DNA from: Actinomycetes bacterium
GTDB taxonomy: Bacteria > Actinomycetota > Acidimicrobiia > Acidimicrobiales > JABEUL01
Assembly (NCBI GenBank): GCA_021790815.1
Contig: JAJYFT010000001.1
Span: 27,777 to 91,776 of the forward strand
Length of the DNA: 64,000 nucleotides
Direction: 5' to 3'
Position numbers and translations under genes: made by a program. Shown in pieces: positions 56,363 through 64,000 of this stretch. How positions within the stretch are numbered: the first letter of the stretch is position 1; each line of letters begins with the position of its first letter. The notes under the pieces were generated by a model. The model was not told where the DNA came from, ran no database searches, and saw only the letters and a list, made by a program, of their open reading frames with translations.

Positions 56363-56379
56363 GGAATGATATGTCATTC
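56363..56379. promoter_or_regulatory. candidate TetR operator upstream of the 56340..54189 operon
   Basis: GGAATGATATGTCATTC is an imperfect palindrome (GAATGA-n4-TCATTC) about 25 nt upstream of the first start codon. The adjacent TGTAACAAAAC 11-mer recurs at 52160. Confidence 0.4.
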
Positions 56380-56581
56380 TACTTTAAACAGACGCCTTTG
56401 TCAACTTTTATATCTAGAATTTTTGAAAATTTACTTTTACCTTTCCACTGGTTTTCATCAAATATGTGTCTATCGGCCCGTTCTAGCGATTCAAACTACG
56501 GGATTCCTTGTGGCAACAACTCACACTAATTTAGAAGTTGTCGCTACCATTTTTAGCCTAGACGTTAAAGAAGGTGTTTAG

Positions 56582-57472
56582 TTAAGGACCGTGAATACCA
56601 AGAACCCCCGCTGCTTTCGCTACTCCTGAAGACGTACAAACCGAAGTAGGTTGAAAATTGTCGGTAGAACATATTGCTGCCGTTAGAAAGTTAGCACTTC
56701 CAAGTATCGCCTTTGTCTGGGGTAACGAAGCGTTTGAAAGGGAATTTGCAACTTCTGTTGAGGTCATACCCATAATGGCTTGTGGTGAGTAGCTCGCGGC
56801 TGATTCCCACCTATTACCTATATCTACGAATGGAATAGCGCCTTGCTTGTCATACATTGAGAATATGGATTCTTGAAACGGCGTGGGGATTTTTAGTGAC
56901 TGGTGATTTCTGCCTTGAATCTCGACAGAGACAAAGGTAATATATCGCGAACTATATGAGACAGACGTCATGAAGAGTGTCGGAGTATTTGGATACATAT
57001 CAGTTGAGCTTGACTTCCCTAACACAAGACCTGAAAGGGTTCCAAAGCGCGAAAGTGCTACAGCTATAGCCCATCTTTCAGATGCGCAATATGGACACCA
57101 CTCGGTACCCATATAGAGTAACTCTGGCTTTCCACTCTTTGTCAAAGGGGTTCCAGCAATTGCTTCGGGTAGTCCAGCCACTTTGCCATTGCCAGTGCCA
57201 ACGGCATTGTAGACCGAATTTGGAATAGACTTAATTTGTGCCGTGATCGCCATAGCCTCAACCTCAGAGAAATTTGAGAATATGAAATGCGGGGCATTAT
57301 TTCTCGGATTTGTGGTACTCGCAATTGTTGGCATTGAAACAGTACTAGCAGAACGATTAATCTCCACAAAAATACCGGCAATTACAAGCAACGCAACCAC
57401 AATTGAAATTATGAAGAAAAGTGGTGCTTTCCGTCTTCTCTTCGGAGGCATGTCGGACAACTGATATGTCAA
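56582..57472 (-). CDS. DUF929 thioredoxin-like membrane-anchored protein
   Basis: 296 aa. Basic N-terminus plus one TM (KRRRKAPLFFIISIVVALLVIAGIF). GTEWCPYCASERWAIAVALSRFGT is the DUF929 signature as I recall it. Confidence 0.75.
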   Translation of the reverse strand: MTYQLSDMPPKRRRKAPLFFIISIVVALLVIAGIFVEINRSASTVSMPTIASTTNPRNNAPHFIFSNFSEVEAMAITAQIKSIPNSVYNAVGTGNGKVAGLPEAIAGTPLTKSGKPELLYMGTEWCPYCASERWAIAVALSRFGTLSGLVLGKSSSTDMYPNTPTLFMTSVSYSSRYITFVSVEIQGRNHQSLKIPTPFQESIFSMYDKQGAIPFVDIGNRWESAASYSPQAIMGMTSTEVANSLSNASLPQTKAILGSANFLTAAICSTDNFQPTSVCTSSGVAKAAGVLGIHGP

Positions 57473-57699
57473 CGAGTTTCCAGGCTGATCTGGGACTGAT
57501 ACTGGAACTGTTGACCTGGGTAGGGAGTGTTATACTGCGACTGGACATATTGGTTTTGAGGTAGTGATAAATATGGTCCTTGGCCTGGCGGCGAATAGCC
57601 TGCTCCTTTTACATCTGGAGCGTTCACATAATTGGGATGCGGAGTGGAGTAGGCACCAAATGCACCTTGTGGGTTGATGTTTCTCGATTCTTCGTTCAC
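57469..57699 (-). CDS. Pro/Gln/Tyr-rich low-complexity small protein (or detached N-terminal region of the DUF929 gene)
   Basis: 76 aa with YSPPGQGPYLSLPQNQYVQSQYNTPYPGQQFQYQ. Its stop overlaps the DUF929 ATG (ATGA). Confidence 0.35.
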   Translation of the reverse strand: MNEESRNINPQGAFGAYSTPHPNYVNAPDVKGAGYSPPGQGPYLSLPQNQYVQSQYNTPYPGQQFQYQSQISLETR

Positions 57700-57893
57700 A
57701 GTGAAATATTACTTGTCAAAGTTAAATTGTGCCTTCTCCATTTGAAAGTTTCTTGCCAAAGTCCCTCGATTAAATCTCCAGTCCCAGAAGATCAATTGCA
57801 AATTAAATCTATCACACCGCAACTAACAATAATTAAAGCCTCAAGGACAATTTTAAATCGCTACTTATTTTTTATCAATGTTACTAACAATTA

Positions 57894-58514
57894 ATGTACT
57901 TAAATCGATTTTCACCGCTTAGAATAATCTATGTGATAGAAAGTAACGAATTTTGGGATGAGAGATATAAAAGTGTGGATTGGCCGATTCATCCAGATGC
58001 TTCTTTGGTTGAGTTGGCTGGTGACCTGACTCCTGGCAAAGTTCTAGACGTTGGGTGCGGTCCTGCAAGAAATTCGATATGGTTAGCAGAAAAGGGCTGG
58101 GAAGTAACTGGAATTGATGCTTCAAAGATTGGCCTTGAATTAGCTTCTGTGCGAGCAGAACGTGTAGGGGTAAATCTGAATCTAATTCACGATGATATCC
58201 TCGCTTACGATTACGGAAAAGAACTTTTTGATCTAGCTATAATTGCAAACATTCACATGGCAACTGAAGTTAGCAACTCTTTATTTGATAAAGTCGTTGA
58301 CAGCCTAAAGCCTCAAGGACATTTATTTGTCGTTGGACATCACGTAAAATCATTAGGTGTTGCAGGCCCACCGGATCCCGATCTGCTCTACACATTAGAT
58401 AAGTTTGACAATTCCTTTACAGCTTTATCATTCGTCCACATAAGCGAAGTGGTTAGAAACAACGACAATGATGAGCCGAATCTTTATGATGTAGTCATAT
58501 GGGGATCAAAATAA
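57894..58514 (+). CDS. class I SAM-dependent methyltransferase
   Basis: 206 aa. Motif I VLDVGCGPARNSIWLAEKGWEVTGIDAS, TehB/TPMT-like size. Confidence 0.8.
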   Translation: MYLNRFSPLRIIYVIESNEFWDERYKSVDWPIHPDASLVELAGDLTPGKVLDVGCGPARNSIWLAEKGWEVTGIDASKIGLELASVRAERVGVNLNLIHDDILAYDYGKELFDLAIIANIHMATEVSNSLFDKVVDSLKPQGHLFVVGHHVKSLGVAGPPDPDLLYTLDKFDNSFTALSFVHISEVVRNNDNDEPNLYDVVIWGSK

Positions 58515-58594
58515 AGTTTAAAACTTTATTGCATATTTTTTGAATTAAATGGCCTGTTGCTAAAGTTGCTTAAAATCGAAAATTCGCCGAAAAG

Positions 58595-58996
58595 TCATCT
58601 CTTTAACAACGTTTCTTTATGTCTAACTTTCGGACAACTTGCACCGTGGCCGGATTCGCCATTTCTACATTTTGCGCAGATCCATGCAGATTCAGTGTTT
58701 TCACGCCATAAAACAGAACCACACTGTTGACAGTGTTCTTCACCCACCGAACACTCCCAGCCACCATAGCGCTTTGATGAAAGAGGACATCCTCTGCCGT
58801 AACACTGTGCCCATTCTAAATCGAGTTTTATCGCATCGGTCGGGCAAAGTGGCACACAGCGGATACAGTCATCACAATTTAGAGGATCGATAACGTATAG
58901 AACTGGATAAGAATCTGCTTGAAAAATAGCTGAGTGTGGGCACGCTGACTCACAAACCCCGCATCCAATACAGTCAGAGTTTATAGCGTAAGCCAT
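58595..58996 (-). CDS. 2x[4Fe-4S] ferredoxin with Cys-rich C-terminal extension
   Basis: 133 aa. CIGCGVCESACP and CDDCIRCVPLCP, then further pairs CYGRGC, CQQC, CAKC. Confidence 0.85.
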   Translation of the reverse strand: MAYAINSDCIGCGVCESACPHSAIFQADSYPVLYVIDPLNCDDCIRCVPLCPTDAIKLDLEWAQCYGRGCPLSSKRYGGWECSVGEEHCQQCGSVLWRENTESAWICAKCRNGESGHGASCPKVRHKETLLKR

Positions 58997-59004
58997 ACTA
59001 ACTA

Positions 59005-59457
59005 TTATCCCGATTTGGCTGCTTCAAGCCCGAGAGAATCAAATATAACCTGGAGTGTCTCCGCATACCTATAAAATTTATCGCGTCCAATAGGGTCATC
59101 AGAACTTATTCTAAGTGGAAATTCTGCCAGACTTAACGTATTTAAGGTATGAAATTTATCGGCTCCTCTATTTTCAACAATATTGTCAAACATTTCTTTA
59201 AATGCATCGAAACTGCCTGACAGCGTCGCTTCAGGCTTGAACGAATCAATTCCGGATATTTCACCTTGAGAATCAACATCATATCCATCCAAAACAAGGC
59301 CAAAGATCTTGTTGCTTCCATCTTCAAATTCAACCTTTATTGCAAGTCTAAAATCAGCGATACCTAAGTCTTTCAAACGATCAGGATCCCTTTTTACTAA
59401 TCCAACTAAATAGTCCAACCATTTTGGATTGGGAAATAGGCTTTCGTTTTCCATCAT
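59005..59457 (-). CDS. small soluble protein, possibly SCP2-like
   Basis: 150 aa. FRLAIKVEFEDGSNKIFGLVLDGYDV ... ATLSGSFDAFKEMF has the alternating pattern of SCP2-type carriers. The assignment is weak. Confidence 0.3.
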   Translation of the reverse strand: MMENESLFPNPKWLDYLVGLVKRDPDRLKDLGIADFRLAIKVEFEDGSNKIFGLVLDGYDVDSQGEISGIDSFKPEATLSGSFDAFKEMFDNIVENRGADKFHTLNTLSLAEFPLRISSDDPIGRDKFYRYAETLQVIFDSLGLEAAKSG

Positions 59458-60560
59458 CCAACCACCATTTGAGGAGGATTCTTTGACACATCATTTGCAC
59501 TAGTCCCTTCGAGAATCTGCTCAGGAAGTTTCATCCGTCCTCGTCTTGGAATCCCGGCTCTATCGCAACGCTGTAGGTACTCTTCAATCATCCTTATTCT
59601 AAGTATGTTCGATGCCTCGTCCCCAATACTTTCAGCTGCCTTTACGCTTCCAGTTGCCAATATCGCAGCTGGCTCAACGACTTGGGGAGTTGTGACGATC
59701 ATTGATATAAGATCTTCACCCCTATCTAAAAATGCATGGAAATCTTCAGCTAACAATGGGTCTCTTTCAAGCCGGTAGCGTAAATGCATCGTTCCATACG
59801 CAACATGCCGAGCTTCGTCTTGCATGCAAAGTCTAAATATCTTTTTTTCGACATGTGTAGGAGCTATTAATTCCCCAGCTCGAAAAACAGAGAGAACTAA
59901 ACCTTCACCTAACAGGTGCATCAAAGCTGAACCTTCATCGTAGTTCTTTGCATCTAGAACAAGTTTCAAAAACTCTTCACCAACAGGAGATGCTTTACCT
60001 AAACCGCCGCCGTTCGAAAGTGCTCTTTTCCGAAACACTTCCGAATGCCTCGCTTCATCCATAATTTGAGTACATAAGAACATCTTTGCTTCCAAAAAAT
60101 CATGGTTAATACGCCACATCCACTTTGCCGGGAAATCAGACGCTACCATCTCAACTTCAGATAAAAAAGTTGCCAGTTGACACATAGCGTGTTCAACATC
60201 TGGATCAAGCTCTTGTAGCTCATTCCAAGGAATATCTCGCGTTGCGCTCCACTGCCGACTTACCGCTTCTTCATAAAGATCTAGCAAGTTGTCCGCCCAG
60301 ACTTCAGATTTTGAGTTTATTGTGTAACCCATGTCTGGCAACTCTGAATCTATATCGCAACCCCTCGGGGCCATCGTGCGTCTTGGAGCAGTTTCGGGAA
60401 TGTCACCATAACTACCTACAAAAATATCACGTAAAGTCAAGCCAATCTTGCTGGGTTTAGGCTTAATGCCCCACTCTGAGGTTACGTTATTGAGCCAACC
60501 CAGATCGAACTGACCTGACCTGACTTTTTCCAAATAGCTAAGATCAATGTCACTTTTCAT
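59454..60560 (-). CDS. ferritin-like diiron-carboxylate oxygenase (AurF-like)
   Basis: 368 aa. Two E-x-x-H motifs (MDEARHSEVF and QDEARHVAYG), each preceded by a helix with a conserved Glu (FLSEVEMV, LLGEGLVL). Confidence 0.65.
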   Translation of the reverse strand: MKSDIDLSYLEKVRSGQFDLGWLNNVTSEWGIKPKPSKIGLTLRDIFVGSYGDIPETAPRRTMAPRGCDIDSELPDMGYTINSKSEVWADNLLDLYEEAVSRQWSATRDIPWNELQELDPDVEHAMCQLATFLSEVEMVASDFPAKWMWRINHDFLEAKMFLCTQIMDEARHSEVFRKRALSNGGGLGKASPVGEEFLKLVLDAKNYDEGSALMHLLGEGLVLSVFRAGELIAPTHVEKKIFRLCMQDEARHVAYGTMHLRYRLERDPLLAEDFHAFLDRGEDLISMIVTTPQVVEPAAILATGSVKAAESIGDEASNILRIRMIEEYLQRCDRAGIPRRGRMKLPEQILEGTSANDVSKNPPQMVVG

Positions 60561-60716
60561 TGCTCCTCCTTATTTTATTGTCTTAAGGCGTACGACTTAC
60601 AAATTTAAAATCTATACTCTCCGAATCTACATCTTAGGTAACAATATTTGCAAATCACAAGATTTCCTTTTATTTTCTAAATAATGAGCCATGCACCTAC
60701 AAAACTAATTTAAGGT

Positions 60717-62927
60717 TTAGCGAGTTGTAACTTTAGCCGCACCTTTCTTCTGGCCTGTTATTGAAGACGCAAAGTTGTCGATTCCACTTAGGTCAACTGT
60801 ACCACCAAGAGTTGTCTTAAAAGCTTCTTTCGACTGAATCTTAGCTCCTTTACCTTCAAGCTCTTTAGCTAGATTACCTAATACGTCTTTCGGATTGAAG
60901 CTGTAGGTTACATAAATCGAAGTCGGCAAACCACCAAGTGGCGGAAGAGTTTTTAGCCAAGCTTTTGTGAATTTTGGAAGACCAACTTTAGCTACTACAA
61001 AGCCTTCAACCCAAGTACCTAAAATCAGGTGGTCTGCCCATGCAATATCTTCCATGGTTATGGTATTGAGTTTTTGAACCCTAACTTCTACATCACTTGA
61101 TGAAATTCTCTTTTGAATAGCTTCACCAATTTTAAGCGTAGTACCTCCCCTGCTTTCAACTGCTATGAGAACTTTCGCTGTCTTTGTTGCATACAGACCT
61201 ACCTCAGAGCCTCCACTCTTACTTGGCTTATGTGTGATAATTGCGCGAGCTGCATCACGACCATGTGCCATTGCCTCAACAACAGTGGCTGGCCCGATTA
61301 AAGCATCGCCGACAACCCACATCCTCGGTCTTCTTGGAATCATACTTAATTGATTCGCAATTTCACGAGAAAGGCTGATCACTCCAACATTTTGTCCTCG
61401 AGCAAATTCAGGAGCTGGGTTAGCAAATATTCCACTTGCAATCCACCTTCTGTCAACTTTTTCTGCAGGCTTTTTTCTAATTGGAGCACCATTCAAGGCT
61501 TTCTGGATATCTGGATCTACTCTGTAACCCATCGCCATAACAACTAAGTCCACTTTTTCATCAGAAGTTGATCCCGATTGAACTTTAGGAAGCTCTTTAG
61601 CTGACGTCTGGGTTGTCTTAGCAATTTTTGCAGTTGATACCCTACCGTTGTTTCCAGTTAGAGATACGAGAGTAGAGCTAAACGTAATTTCTACACCTTC
61701 AGACTTTGCTTCAGCAAGTTCATCTGGCCTAACTGGAGCAAACTTTTGATCCATCCAGTCAATGGCTCGAACTGATGCTCCCAATCTTCTGGCAGTTCTT
61801 GCGACATCCATTGCAGTGTTTCCAGCACCCAATACTAAGATATGAGGCGAACTAACTCCTTTAAGTCCAAGTACTTCAATCTCTGAAATACTTGATCCGT
61901 TATTTATTGCTTCTTGCCCATTTTTTAAGAAAGTTGTCGCATCAACAACTCCTTTAAGGTCACCACCTTCAACAGGAAGCTTAATTGGCTGACTTGCGCC
62001 ACAAGCAATAATAAGAGCATCGTAATTCCCCAAAAGATCGTTTACTTCAGCCTCTTTTATCTCTGTGTTAACCTTTAGATTCACACCTTCGTTGATGAGT
62101 CTATCCCACGGCCTTTTTGCCACTTCATGTGGAAGTGTGAAGTCTGGAATCCCCCAAGTTATAAGTCCACCAGGAGTCGAGTCTTTTTCAAAGACTGTCA
62201 CTTTTGCACCTTGTTTTACAAGCTCAGTTGCGGCAGCAATTCCTGCCGGTCCAGAGCCAATAATAGCAACTTCAAGACCTGTCGCCTTGTTTCCCTTTTC
62301 AAGCGGAAGAAAGTCTGCGTTTTCAGTTATAAAGCGCTCCAATAGCCCAATTGCTACAGGTTGCTTTCCAGCCAAAGACCACGAACAAGACCCTTCACAT
62401 TGAGTTGCTTGGTCGCACACTCTTGAACACACATCTGGCAGTACAGAAGTTCTCGAAAGCACACTATGAGCTTCTTGCAGGTTTCCTTCTCTAACTGCTC
62501 TGATAAATGATGGAATGTCATTATGGGCAGGACAACCCCTGAGACAAGTTGGGTCTGGACAGTCAAGACACCTCATAGCTTCCTTCTTTGCGTCTTCAAA
62601 AGATTTGATTGGCAAACGAAGTTCGTCAGCATTGTGATCAATGCTCATTGGCTTGAAATGTTCTTGCTTTATTCGAACATCAACCATTACTGGTCCATTT
62701 ATTTTTATGGCCGTAAACGGGCACGTTCTTTCACACTGCCTACATCCAACACACAGCTCATCCTCAGCGACTACTGTCCACGATAATGAATCCATCTTAA
62801 GTGCATTGGTTGGACACCTTACGACACACTCCTGGCAACCTGCACAGCGATCTGAAAAGATATGTATATCCATCTTCTCCATTTGATCTCCTTCAGAGCT
62901 TTTAGTTTTTTCACTAATTAAAGTCAT
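60717..62927 (-). CDS. multidomain redox protein: 2x[4Fe-4S] ferredoxin + GltD-like NAD(P)H flavin oxidoreductase + flavodoxin-like domain
   Basis: 736 aa. CAGCQECVVRCP, CVGCRQCERTCP, GltD-type CLDCPDPTCLRGCPAHNDIPSFI, VAIIGSGPAGIAAATEL and LVLGAGNTAMDVA. The C-terminal ~150 aa (KVLIAVESRGGTT...ADHLILGTWVEGF) is flavodoxin-like. Confidence 0.75.
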   Translation of the reverse strand: MTLISEKTKSSEGDQMEKMDIHIFSDRCAGCQECVVRCPTNALKMDSLSWTVVAEDELCVGCRQCERTCPFTAIKINGPVMVDVRIKQEHFKPMSIDHNADELRLPIKSFEDAKKEAMRCLDCPDPTCLRGCPAHNDIPSFIRAVREGNLQEAHSVLSRTSVLPDVCSRVCDQATQCEGSCSWSLAGKQPVAIGLLERFITENADFLPLEKGNKATGLEVAIIGSGPAGIAAATELVKQGAKVTVFEKDSTPGGLITWGIPDFTLPHEVAKRPWDRLINEGVNLKVNTEIKEAEVNDLLGNYDALIIACGASQPIKLPVEGGDLKGVVDATTFLKNGQEAINNGSSISEIEVLGLKGVSSPHILVLGAGNTAMDVARTARRLGASVRAIDWMDQKFAPVRPDELAEAKSEGVEITFSSTLVSLTGNNGRVSTAKIAKTTQTSAKELPKVQSGSTSDEKVDLVVMAMGYRVDPDIQKALNGAPIRKKPAEKVDRRWIASGIFANPAPEFARGQNVGVISLSREIANQLSMIPRRPRMWVVGDALIGPATVVEAMAHGRDAARAIITHKPSKSGGSEVGLYATKTAKVLIAVESRGGTTLKIGEAIQKRISSSDVEVRVQKLNTITMEDIAWADHLILGTWVEGFVVAKVGLPKFTKAWLKTLPPLGGLPTSIYVTYSFNPKDVLGNLAKELEGKGAKIQSKEAFKTTLGGTVDLSGIDNFASSITGQKKGAAKVTTR

Positions 62928-62949
62928 TAAATTCTCCTTTTAAATATTT

Positions 62950-64000
62950 CTAGGTTGCGGCGTGCATCATTACGTAAAGCCAAGATGCACCTACTCCACA
63001 AGCAAGCACTGTGCCATATGCAACTAACTTGGTAGCAAATGGACTCGTTGCAAATGGAACAATATCTCTTTTAATAATTTTTCTCATTGCATAGAGAGAG
63101 GCCAACATTCCAACAATTATTACGCCTACCTGAACAGCAACAATTTGATTTCCGCTTAATATCTCAGCGTTAAATAGTTTTGCGTTAGTTCCACCTCCTA
63201 TACCGAACCAAGCTCCTACGTCAGGGACTAGCTTTAGAACGTTCAAGAAAAACTTAGGTAGCTGTCGTGCAAAGTAGTCTGCTCCAACTACGGGAATTAA
63301 GCCATATGAAAGAGGAAGCATAAATGACCTAAACTGACTCTTCTTATCTACAAAAGAGTGCTTAATTGTCTTGCTGCTTGCCTTTGCACCTGCAAAGTTC
63401 ACTGGTGATCCACTTAGGTCAAGTTGAACTGCATCTTTTTTCATTGCTTTGCTTCCAACCCACGCAATTCCAGCCATAATTAAAGTGACTAGAAAAATGA
63501 TGCCAATATAGTCAACTGGGTTTGGGTACTGTGGAAAGTGCATCTTTGTGTTTAACCAGTTGTCAATAGTTCCATAGAGACTAACAGCATTAAACTGCTG
63601 GAAAACAACGAGACCCCAAAGTAACAGCACTGACCAAGCAACGTCTGCTCTTCTCCTAAGAGGAGCTATCATTGAAGTAAGAGGTTTTTGAATAAAAAAC
63701 CCAACGTTGTCAGAAGGACAGGCTTTATAGCACTCACTGCAAAGACCACAAGTTAAGTTGGAGTCTGCACTACCTGGCCATGTATACCACGGACATCCGA
63801 AACCTTCGTCTCCACCTCGCATACACTCTTTCGTCTTGCAGTTTAAGCACTTGTCCCTATCTTTCGTTCTGAATCCTGCAGCAGTCCCAGCTGCTCCAAC
63901 TGAACCAATTAGTGCACTAAGAGGGCAAACGTACCTACAAAATGTCCTTCTTTCAAAGACCATAAAAAACGTAACTGCACTTATAACAATTCCAATAACC
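62950..64000 (-). CDS. NapH/NosR-type membrane polyferredoxin (N-terminus outside the window)
   Basis: The frame stays open to position 64000 (...VIGIVISAVTFFMVFERRTFCRYVCPL). FCRYVCPLSA motif, CLNCKTKEC and CGLCSECYKACP cluster motifs, and several C-terminal TM helices. Confidence 0.7.
   Translation of the reverse strand, partial: VIGIVISAVTFFMVFERRTFCRYVCPLSALIGSVGAAGTAAGFRTKDRDKCLNCKTKECMRGGDEGFGCPWYTWPGSADSNLTCGLCSECYKACPSDNVGFFIQKPLTSMIAPLRRRADVAWSVLLLWGLVVFQQFNAVSLYGTIDNWLNTKMHFPQYPNPVDYIGIIFLVTLIMAGIAWVGSKAMKKDAVQLDLSGSPVNFAGAKASSKTIKHSFVDKKSQFRSFMLPLSYGLIPVVGADYFARQLPKFFLNVLKLVPDVGAWFGIGGGTNAKLFNAEILSGNQIVAVQVGVIIVGMLASLYAMRKIIKRDIVPFATSPFATKLVAYGTVLACGVGASWLYVMMHAAT

Noticed and set aside
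58511-58529. ATAAAGTTTAAAACTTTAT palindrome between convergent genes as a bidirectional terminator
   Set aside because: The stem would be entirely A/T with a 1-nt centre, which is thermodynamically weak. It overlaps the TAA stop. The evidence is insufficient for a terminator call.

Overview
AT-rich (by eye roughly 40% G+C), gene-dense prokaryotic window with no rRNA, tRNA or CRISPR. Weak inference puts it in an Actinomycetota-like bacterium: DUF929, DUF6457-like and GXWXG/DUF4334-like proteins, a mycobacterial-type hyc/Ehr cluster with an Rv0081-like ArsR regulator, and DosR-type boxes. Most genes sit in long, tightly coupled minus-strand operons. (1) 1001-13806: four CrtI-like flavoenzymes interleaved with SCP2 lipid-carrier proteins, an orphan NarG/EbdA-like molybdoenzyme subunit and a NarL-type two-component system. 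(2) 19382-23025: acyl-CoA dehydrogenase, acetoacetate-decarboxylase-like and nitronate-monooxygenase-like genes. (3) 23451-32120: sulfide:quinone oxidoreductase divergent from a six-gene complex I / group-4 hydrogenase-like module whose large subunit has lost all four Ni-Fe cysteines (Ehr type). (4) 33703-52086: an 18 kb array with three more NarG/EbdA-like alpha paralogs and one beta/gamma/delta set, all without export signals. It also holds a radical SAM/SPASM enzyme preceded by a hidden 32-codon Cys-containing ORF, an NCS1 permease-PfkB kinase fusion, a large nitroreductase-like protein, two paralogous 4-TM proteins and a degenerate ANL-like protein. (5) 58595-64000: a diiron oxygenase with its own ferredoxin/flavoprotein/polyferredoxin chain. 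The main unifying signal is a 20-bp palindrome with core GGGACTAAAGTCCC, identical to the mycobacterial DosR (hypoxia regulator) box. It lies upstream of operons 1, 2 and 4, with a weaker copy in the SQR/Ehr divergent region. My working hypothesis is a hypoxia-controlled, cytoplasmic, oxygen-independent hydroxylase system for a hydrophobic (isoprenoid/steroid-like) substrate. Nothing here proves that, and all family assignments are motif-based readings without database searches.
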